In this document: positions 33,801 to 39,724 of the stretch, piece after piece
How positions within the stretch are numbered: the stretch's first letter is position 1
Layout of the letters: every line of letters begins with the position of its first letter
DNA from: Trichomonas gallinae
Taxonomy: Eukaryota
Direction of reading: 5' to 3'
DNA length: 39,724 nucleotides
Assembly: GCA_008369845.1 (NCBI GenBank)
Contig: MRSU01008478.1
Location: 1 to 39,724 of the forward strand
Program-made: the position numbers and the translations under genes
Notes under the pieces: model-generated
Database searches by the model: none
Seen by the model: only the letters and a program-made list of their open reading frames with translations
Told to the model about the DNA's origin: nothing

Positions 33801-34677
33801 GTAGCAATAATTCCATCTGATCTTGTGAAATTTGATGCTGTTGATAGAATTTGATAATCGGCTCAGACAAAAGCTTGAAAACTTCTTCATGGATGTCGTT
33901 TCTGAAGATAATTTCGCCAAAATTATTGGCTTCAGCCCATGAAATGAATCTTTTTTCAAGTTCGAGTGCAATTAATGATAATACCTTGGCAGCAACAAGC
34001 TTTTTGTTGAGATTTTGTTTTAATAGGCATTTGTAAGCAATATCTAGTATGAGAGAAGTCTCATCAAGTCTGTTCCAAGTCATATAAAATATTAGATCAA
34101 TTTCTTCTGCAGTAAATTCAGCCAATTTTTCATCTGTGATACTTTTTAGTAAAGTTATTGCCTCCTCATCAAATGGTTCCAGTGATTTTCTGATATCTGA
34201 ATTTTTTTCATCAATAATTGCTGTTTTGGAGATCCTCGCAAGTAGGAAATATGTGTCAAATTTGATATTGGACTTAAAGAATGATATAAGTTCTGGTAAG
34301 TTATCAACAATGTAAAATTCGAAAAAATCCATGCATCTTTGATGTTTGGAAGGAGAAGTTTCATTTAAAACTGCTATTGAGTTAACTATCATAAGTATTA
34401 ATTCCTTGAACTTGGTAAATCCTTTAATGTAAAACGAAATTACCAAATGAGACAAACGAACAATGCAGAGCATGATTCTGTCAACATCTTCATATGTTAG
34501 AGCATATCTTTTAGCCAATGCATCGGCAACATTCTGTGTTTGCTCATAAACCTTGTCAACATCAAAATTAGAGCCTGGTTCAGCCATGTTAGTAAGCGTG
34601 TCAATCCAGGAGTCAAAGATATCATCGTATTCACCATCCCTTCCAATCTCTTGCAGCAGAAGGATGATGTTTTCCAT
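27880..34677 (-). CDS. Large ubiquitin-specific protease (clan CA, family C19), USP9/24/34-like architecture
   Basis: Cys box GLKNLGATCYMNSVFQ (Cys at 31732-31734), QQDAAEFL, LIVHLKRFDYD, His box IIHIGGSDHGHYIA (His at 31069-31071) and final YLLFY strand, with long helical flanks. Confidence 0.95.
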   Translation of the reverse strand: MENIILLLQEIGRDGEYDDIFDSWIDTLTNMAEPGSNFDVDKVYEQTQNVADALAKRYALTYEDVDRIMLCIVRLSHLVISFYIKGFTKFKELILMIVNSIAVLNETSPSKHQRCMDFFEFYIVDNLPELISFFKSNIKFDTYFLLARISKTAIIDEKNSDIRKSLEPFDEEAITLLKSITDEKLAEFTAEEIDLIFYMTWNRLDETSLILDIAYKCLLKQNLNKKLVAAKVLSLIALELEKRFISWAEANNFGEIIFRNDIHEEVFKLLSEPIIKFYQQHQISQDQMELLLQSSSMIKSNVKSPFLKIISKIMISNPEILISYINISIKNAISEETIDLFTQILMEKDVKDPNLVSRLVDVCIRFTPISKIKSNLKNMFNDSNNDEFVFQTLTDLMQYSEENFPRIKELIKHCISKANETKIVQYLISSMMKSIPYSAKIFNCIEFKIDSQIFEHLHNILDILIKEDSIGAIVRIFEKPYAKISTEICWKVVDKLNSIEYTNVDYALATFMFYIASSICHPMDQNGHHPKGLFDVKAIRPLLKVIEIAPQKLFNYINNFIASLCYKCQGNAFRQIFEELSDISTNRRLSLLTFMVIHGSVAKNQPFYPPFNQIMSYSEIAVVENATYYYSKNLGNRYLKRLISKMNDNAKVKRIKYSADPLSFSISKSKEKKIEYEDNMIVLENLRPKFVELLKSNDADKSSLALRCLFAMREPENVDFNINEKIMNSKGHEISYYIHFIKDPTSVDPKLVTKIAEIIENSNFVQDIFDVCQVLSENIVFDNERTAEIFAAKTGGAILNPNTNILANLNTVFKESIKYLKRIDPLLAQDMLEDKNRSCYVRNIFEYITNKNEILEHYIDNDKNVPYLMDLIDENCNYKKCLEFAMKHKDKFNIIGKIFQTFPDLPDDEIEDVVESAIRSIPFFDAYPAIKEVVKRPKFHEWLMKELSAIVSFNVKNYEAIKDTRDPEFKKIRGLKNLGATCYMNSVFQILFNNKYFTQKLLEADPKEEWIKKLQELFFRLRETIKPYIDAKDFCKEFVYFGSKINLCEQQDAAEFLDYLLTNLGDISDIFKGEMSNKFIYQGQTLSEKIEEFYLLPIVIKDCANIEESFKIFLSKEIIPNYKSDVLGKSVDVERYSKIKTPPKYLIVHLKRFDYDLRNNTKTKIKSQYDFPEHLNIKEISEVEAKYTFTGSIIHIGGSDHGHYIASVRNDHSFISISDTEIEFNKNDSIIFGMDHANEFKQFLDENMHKMYMSPFKKDKRMKERIKDRERAQFEREAYMREYQALNEMRKADKRLETNNMKIMGVPIDPNQSKDRVEFSKLFPDPNYHPSFDDIIRLGYPPYNERMMQDYYLHGYPFPPDMMPDFPDPRMMEDRMRDDLRMMEYEFERMHLIYPFPPYMDEEDGFYDDLKSSEEKEFSLFLRDGIRALPEIKDYTKECPHHYLLFYQLDDLPPVADEVPLNPSMKEKIFDENAEYIKFCKAMYHKMMSILADVNDAEMTSKFFLNIFIYSDLRNEFNIDFKDMLLKAKIDFTNYYDDIFSCLTEGKNESAKGILIDVLSKTDDINLSNYIMDKLPSVEKNWRCIKNLLTICVNIGLNKIDEFDFTRIVKYCVECLPRVNSSVFYQNADFTNVIKIFETHKELLNDENVNIILDNIYNLVQSHAHDSEFIKLIVEYNPDYSVKIAEEIVEKVDKPTSQIILNSLIALIKYSPQKMSEFAKLYFRSNRISIETVITEIESVIDNELFVNAVKQNGAILLFEMAAHKDRHCNYIAEKILHLVFKDFIGLKWKPFDKIIDKYNGSIGLLHFRKYKLADVKSLTMRDELKRILLYFEEGIRKIIDNPNDFFHSKVPQSILSIIRIYWILSNEFDNFNDDYKSMLLSLAEKIIDNEIKDDFNINVILSMLSFKPDDKEKFTLRFKDFVKKYLLRPESLSLIKNNKFMTQRIKYIIESGIEILDDEIMNMILSTEEIEKVCKDEKLNYKLLKSLLYRDLMFRFHDIIKKFLESHEIKLRKSIMIGFIKFAKIKTLNLQLSKEKLVDLMRNGYMNVACLYDIPEDIEIDEEILAKLSNRNDIINTSTGLNAFIALSKTKIYSQFFNDELKSLENMESENEQIAFCFIKACLSTIFGNAEDRLNTGFEMLDCVISHSSELISLLVNIIDLIVELDGYEMHSEWILNVFSLILQKIKFYHSADMSCNNIAENMPDEDIVSLFTALKDEASQNFEDLKFSLAIIFRHKLSLLAQVANKTPLEIVALRGDMIFAID

Positions 34678-34684
34678 TAAAAAT

Positions 34685-34689
34685 AATGA
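34685..34689 (-). promoter_or_regulatory. Initiator (Inr) element TCATT upstream of the USP gene
   Basis: The minus strand reads ...TTTATTCATTATTTTTAATG. This matches the trichomonad Inr TCAY(T/A) at the usual short distance from the ATG. Confidence 0.55.
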
Positions 34690-35085
34690 ATAAAAATTTA
34701 TTAGAAAATTGATGTGTCAGATTCCTAAGTCCCAAATTTGATTTTATATCATATTATACATCTTTATTATATATAAATATGAAATTCATCAATTTTGGTC
34801 GATATATACCCATATTCGTCTCAAATATTTGGTTTTAATTATTTAACCTTATTTTTTAACATCATTTATTTCCTTATTTCATTGGCGTCCACAATAATAA
34901 TAACAGGAACTAAAACATATTTTTCAATCAAATATGAGTCTCATCGTAGATTTAATTTTTTGAGAAAAATATATTTCGAAATTTAATATATTCTTATGAA
35001 TCATACAATCCGAAATATTATATAAATTTGCTTGGTATTGCAATGATGAAAAAAATCTATAAAATAATTTTAAACAAAATAAACA

Positions 35086-38043
35086 TTACAAGATAAAGAA
35101 GTTGTTGGAATCATTGATTGCTGAACTCTTCAGCTGATCTTCGTGCGTTGGAGCACATTTTCTTGTCATCAATTCGATTATAACTATAGGAAGAACAGCA
35201 ATCGATGTAACTAGTAGAATCTTGAACAAGAACTCCATTGTTAGGATGAATGATGTGTCAAATGCATCCTTGAGTGCAAACATCGCTGAAATGTAAATTG
35301 CACAAGAAAGAATTTCAGCGAGAACACTTAATATGTTGAATCGATTAACCTCAAAGCAAATTAGACACAATTCAGTAAAAATCATCGAAGTGAAAGATAT
35401 TGATTGCAAATCTCTGATGTCTCTTCTATAAATTCCAAATACACTTGAAGAAAGGAAGACAATAATGAAGCCTTGGTAAATCGCCAAAAGTGTCCAACCA
35501 ATGAATGTTTTTGCGGAGAGATATCTACCCTTCTGGCATTTATGGTACAATTCTGGGAATGCTATAACTGTTTGCTCATCGACAAATGTATCGAAAATCA
35601 ACGAGAAGACAGAGAAATTAGTGAAAAATGTCGCGAATCCCATCATTAACCAATCATTATATAATGGCGAAGGTACAATGTTGAACAACAAAGAATAAAT
35701 CGCTTGCGTTGCTGTCATAATTACACCTCTATGCATGACGAACTGTGAAAGTCTTGATGTGTGCTTGTATGAATTAGTTCCATGCCATAATAACAGTCTT
35801 TCCAAATGGCAGAATGAATTTATAGATACATCAGCAGACATTGACGCTTGCTTTCCTTCTTTTCCGACAATTCCAACACCAACAGATGCAGCTTGAATCA
35901 TAGAAACGTCATTTCCACCATCGCCAACTGCACACGAAACAACACCTTTGACACTTTTGACGACTAATTCTTTCTGACTTGGCGAACATCTGCAAACGAC
36001 AACTGCTGGTGATTTGACAGCAAAACTCAAGAACAAGTCAGGATGCTGCTCAATTGATTGCTCAAGAACTGTTCCATCTATGACAATTGGTGGAACATTG
36101 TTATGATCCAATTCTAAAAGCTGATAAACATCTGCTAAACTTTGAACAATTTTATAATCAACATCTCTTGAAAACAATCTGCTGGAAAGAGCAACACAAA
36201 TAGCTGTTTCAAGTTTGTCACCTGTTAGCATCCATATTTTGATGTTTGCAGCTTCTAAAGATTCCAGTGTTTCTGCAACATTTTCTTGGAGTTTGTCTTC
36301 AACGCCAGTAACGCATTGTAGAGTCATGTTTTTAGTTATTGTCTTAAAACTCTCCAAAATTTTCTGCCCTCTGTCTGTTACACTTGTAGATGCTTGCTCA
36401 TATATATTCAAGAATGCATCTAATTCAGTTTGCTCGATTCGTTTGTACGCGAAAACTAATGTTCTCAAACCTTCTCGCGCCAAATTTCCGACAACTTCAT
36501 CGACCCATTCGCTTGGCGGACACATCGCTTTTATTGACGAGTCACTGCCTTTTGATATCAGAAGAGTTCCATAGTTCGGATGTTGGACAACAATAGACAT
36601 GAATTTCCAAACAGATGAAAAAGGCAGAACAGCAACAACAGAGAAAACTTCGATCGAATTGTCAGGGAATTGTATTTTAATTTCTCTGTCATCATGACTT
36701 AATAATTTGTATCCAACTCTTTGCGCTTGTGTAACTAAAGCTATCTCATCAGGTGATGATGACTGGAAGCCTTCATCTGTAACAGTGACTGAGTGGCATA
36801 AACTTAATGCTAAAAATGCTTTTAAGTGTTCAATTTCTGTCGGCTTCGAATTTTGAGCGAAAACAACATTATCTATCTGCAGTTTTTTGAACTCCATTTC
36901 GTTTCTTGTTAAAGTTCCTGTCTTGTCTGTAAATATATACTCAACTCTTCCAAGTTCTTCTGGTAGTGCTGAGTTTCTCATGATCGCGCCTTTAATGGAC
37001 GGATCGTTTGAAATCCTGAAGCTATAAACCATCTTGGAAACATCTAAATTGACTTTCATTGATATAGGAATAATGAATGAGAAAAGGAGGACAAACCTTA
37101 CCAACAAAATATGCGAGTTGGAAGAGAAGCCAACCAAAAATGTGAAGATAAATGAAGAAGTAAACAACAAGAAAAACAGAACACTTGAGTATTTGTTAAT
37201 TTCTGAATCGACTTTTCCTACTTTTTGGGAAGTTGGAGCACCATTTAGAGAGGACTTCGTGTCATGGCCTGTGTATGCTACAACGCCAACAATACTTCCT
37301 GATGCAACTGATGTATCTGCCCAAGCTGTAGATTCGATACCAATGGGAACAATTTTACCGTTAATATGTAGTCTTCCTGAGAAATCGTAAATTTGCGGTC
37401 TTGGTGTTTCTATTTCAAATAAAACTCTGGAAAATGAATATAGATTTGAAGATCCTTGTGTAATAGGTATTGATCTCCGTAATTTCCAGTCAGTTTCACC
37501 ATCAAGCTGTGTAGTTTTGATGAATGTTGTACCGATTGAGTCTGATGTTTGTAAGATAATTAAATCAGCGGGAATTCTTTCACCAGAATGCACTGATATT
37601 ATGTGACCAACTCTCAGATCTTTTGAATTTATTTGTGTTGGACCGAATTCTGTGATTAATGTGTATTTTTGGTAGTTCAATTCTCGATCGCGTTTCCATC
37701 TGTTGTATTCATCGAACATTTCTTTAAGAAATGAGATTGCAAGCACGAAGCATAATGGCATGATGTAAGTTACAAGGAATCCAATCCGATAAATAGGGAT
37801 GAATTGCGTTAATGTTATTACAAGATAGAAGAAATTGAAGAAAAACTTGAATTGATCGAATAAAAACTTGGGAATAACGTTGAAGATTGTATATTTTTGA
37901 TGAGAGATCATGTTATTTGGATAATTTGAATTCGCTTCAAAGGAAAATCTTCGAAATTCATGATTTTGGTCTATTTCAACCATCTTATATCCATCAGACG
38001 ACGCTTGACTGTCAGATGGTGGCCTTCTCGAATCCCCGATCAT
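35086..38043 (-). CDS. P4-type phospholipid-translocating ATPase, Neo1/ATP9 subfamily
   Basis: DKTGTLT phosphorylation site, QLDGETDWKLR (the ATP9/Neo1-type variant of DGET), IIPISMKVNLD, SPDEIALV, MLTGDKLETA, GDGGNDVSMIQAA, and multiple TM segments. Confidence 0.96.
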   Translation of the reverse strand: MIGDSRRPPSDSQASSDGYKMVEIDQNHEFRRFSFEANSNYPNNMISHQKYTIFNVIPKFLFDQFKFFFNFFYLVITLTQFIPIYRIGFLVTYIMPLCFVLAISFLKEMFDEYNRWKRDRELNYQKYTLITEFGPTQINSKDLRVGHIISVHSGERIPADLIILQTSDSIGTTFIKTTQLDGETDWKLRRSIPITQGSSNLYSFSRVLFEIETPRPQIYDFSGRLHINGKIVPIGIESTAWADTSVASGSIVGVVAYTGHDTKSSLNGAPTSQKVGKVDSEINKYSSVLFFLLFTSSFIFTFLVGFSSNSHILLVRFVLLFSFIIPISMKVNLDVSKMVYSFRISNDPSIKGAIMRNSALPEELGRVEYIFTDKTGTLTRNEMEFKKLQIDNVVFAQNSKPTEIEHLKAFLALSLCHSVTVTDEGFQSSSPDEIALVTQAQRVGYKLLSHDDREIKIQFPDNSIEVFSVVAVLPFSSVWKFMSIVVQHPNYGTLLISKGSDSSIKAMCPPSEWVDEVVGNLAREGLRTLVFAYKRIEQTELDAFLNIYEQASTSVTDRGQKILESFKTITKNMTLQCVTGVEDKLQENVAETLESLEAANIKIWMLTGDKLETAICVALSSRLFSRDVDYKIVQSLADVYQLLELDHNNVPPIVIDGTVLEQSIEQHPDLFLSFAVKSPAVVVCRCSPSQKELVVKSVKGVVSCAVGDGGNDVSMIQAASVGVGIVGKEGKQASMSADVSINSFCHLERLLLWHGTNSYKHTSRLSQFVMHRGVIMTATQAIYSLLFNIVPSPLYNDWLMMGFATFFTNFSVFSLIFDTFVDEQTVIAFPELYHKCQKGRYLSAKTFIGWTLLAIYQGFIIVFLSSSVFGIYRRDIRDLQSISFTSMIFTELCLICFEVNRFNILSVLAEILSCAIYISAMFALKDAFDTSFILTMEFLFKILLVTSIAVLPIVIIELMTRKCAPTHEDQLKSSAINDSNNFFIL

Positions 38044-38293
38044 TTTATAATACAGAACGATAAAAAATTTTCATCACCCCTTAAAATTTTGATCAGACCC
38101 TTTATTGTTAAATTTTACATGTCAAATTTGTCATGTAATTTTCTTCAAAAATTGATTTCATTTCCCAGGACTAAGGATATTAACTTTCCCAATGTATTTT
38201 TAAAAGTGAATTCAATTAAAAATATATTGCCACATGTCTATTCGAAGACCTTGGAAGAAGGAAATTTATGTGACTATCTTCATATAAATAAAT

Positions 38294-38492
38294 GTCACTT
38301 TACATGGCAGAAATATTCATTGTTCAGTTGTATTCCTGTCTCACCTCTTTCACAGAACATTTTAATATATTAATTTATATATATCATCTTCATATTTTTA
38401 TTTTTCTTATATATAGATATATAATATTCTATAATTTCTTCAAAGGAATGGAAGGTTAATCGAAAAGTGACAATCACTGAAATAAAAGTGAC
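38294..38492. promoter_or_regulatory. Cluster of three AAAGTGAC motifs in the divergent intergenic region
   Basis: GTCACTTT at 38294-38301 and AAAGTGAC at 38464-38471 and 38485-38492. From memory, this matches the M2 upstream motif reported for T. vaginalis promoters. Confidence 0.45.
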
Positions 38493-38614
38493 ATTCTACA
38501 GGTTTACTGGTTCTTAATTCGAATTTTCCGAGTGAAGTTTGGCGATATTTCTTTAAGACACAGAGAGCCAATATCACCTCAGGAACAAACCCAATTGTTT
38601 CAATATCAAAAAAT

Positions 38615-39430
38615 ATGGATATTCGATATTCTTATTTTTTGTATATTGATGATAGACCTATTAAAATTACATCGCTGTCTGCGAATTTATGCGTAAGTCA
38701 TAGTACATTCTTGAATAACACAGCATCTACCGATGTTACTTTAGGTGGCGGTGTTATTTTAATGACAACAGGAAATATTTTTGTATTTTTTGAGTCCTAT
38801 ATAGGAATGTGCAATTCATTGGCTAGAGGACTTGCTCTTAGAATTATATTTGATGGTCAAAAATATATCTATGGAAGTAATTTTGATCGAATTGGATATA
38901 ATGAAACCTCAAGATACGTATTTAATGTTGATTACGGCAAACTTTTATACCAATATAATAACATATCATATTGCAATGCTGTGCATTGTGACCTTCATTC
39001 TTATAGAGTGTCACTTTTTACTCTATCCTATTGTAATTACATTGGTAATAATTGCACTAATTATCGATCTTTTATAATTGAACGATCAACAGGAGTAATA
39101 AAAAATTGCTGTATAATAAACGAAACGGTTGCAAATGAAGGCTATAGTCTTATTGAAACTTCAGACAACGGAACATTATTTGTTGTTTCTTGTATTTTCC
39201 AAAATATTACAGCCTCGTGTATTTTCAAAGTTACAAGTGGGAGTATAGGTGTATATAATAGTAATTTTGAAGAAAATGATACTTGCAATCAAGCCATAAC
39301 TTTATATTCAGAACCAGACTACACTTTTCAAAATATAAAATATCAACCAATATATTTTTATACTTGTATCGTGAAAAATCAAATACATATTAGTTATCAG
39401 GCATTATTTGTTTTTATTTTTATGGAATAA
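38615..39430 (+). CDS. Hypothetical Asn/Cys/Tyr-rich protein, possible beta-helix (pectin-lyase-like) fold; 5' end uncertain
   Basis: 271-aa ORF with recurring xxCxFxNN-like units (STFLNN, YCNYIGNN, NCCIINE, SCIFQNI, SNFEEN) and a hydrophobic C-terminus. The frame is open upstream to 38492. Confidence 0.7.
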   Translation: MDIRYSYFLYIDDRPIKITSLSANLCVSHSTFLNNTASTDVTLGGGVILMTTGNIFVFFESYIGMCNSLARGLALRIIFDGQKYIYGSNFDRIGYNETSRYVFNVDYGKLLYQYNNISYCNAVHCDLHSYRVSLFTLSYCNYIGNNCTNYRSFIIERSTGVIKNCCIINETVANEGYSLIETSDNGTLFVVSCIFQNITASCIFKVTSGSIGVYNSNFEENDTCNQAITLYSEPDYTFQNIKYQPIYFYTCIVKNQIHISYQALFVFIFME

Positions 39431-39658
39431 AAATTGTTATGAAATATCCATCAAAAGTGCCAAAATTATTTATGATATTTTGCACTTCTTCGTTTTGAAA
39501 CTAAATTAGAGATCTCGTTTGGTGCTAAAACTGACGCTTTTGGCGCAAGAATTTATTGAATTGAAAATAATCGTATCATTTATAAATTGGAAATTGAGTA
39601 AATAGGGATGCAAATTCGGAAGATATTCTGGAAATTTCCCAAACTCAATTAAGGATGT

Positions 39659-39724
39659 CGAAAAGTGGGGTGGGGTACCCCATGTTTTTAAAATGATGGG
39701 GTATGGGGTATTGTCACTTTTTCG
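39659..39724. repeat. G-rich nested inverted-repeat element at the window edge
   Basis: Palindrome TGGGGTACCCCA (39671-39682), inverted pair TACCCCAT/ATGGGGTA (39676-39683 and 39696-39703), four GGGG runs, and near-inverted flanks CGAAAAGTG...CACTTTTTCG. Confidence 0.6.

Noticed and set aside
37960..38373. 137-aa plus-strand ORF overlapping the ATPase start
   Set aside because: It overlaps a real gene antisense and runs through its AT-rich promoter, with no protein-like motif.
1..39724. Prokaryotic-type systems (CRISPR, operons, defence islands) or Maverick/mariner transposon genes
   Set aside because: All recognisable genes are eukaryotic families. No repeat-spacer array, integrase, DNA polymerase B or DDE transposase motif was seen.

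Overview
AT-rich, essentially intron-less eukaryotic DNA. The gene families and promoter motifs point to a parabasalid, most like Trichomonas vaginalis; this is inferred from family content, not from a database hit. I found no rRNA, tRNA, CRISPR array or transposase. Intact genes, in order: ankyrin-repeat protein, DYRK/Yak-type CMGC kinase, R2R3 Myb factor, RRM+BTB/BACK-like protein, PH-like+LRR (CARMIL-like) protein, MATE transporter, CLASP-like protein, CAMK-group kinase, type I membrane protein, large C19/USP deubiquitinase, Neo1/ATP9-type P4-ATPase, and an Asn/Cys-rich hypothetical protein. Three disrupted genes are not shown correctly by the ORF track: a glycine-rich gene with a broken 5' end, a deleted and frameshifted tandem MATE paralog, and a frameshifted small gene at about 21.3-21.8 kb. 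The leads most worth checking are the RRM-BTB fusion, a ~200-aa Met/Pro/Asp/Arg-rich insert inside the USP catalytic domain, a shared Cys-spacer-hydrophobic C-terminal tail on two unrelated proteins, and a G-rich nested palindrome at the right end. None of these is a proven new system. TTG starts in the ORF track were moved to the first in-frame ATG because the sequence is eukaryotic.
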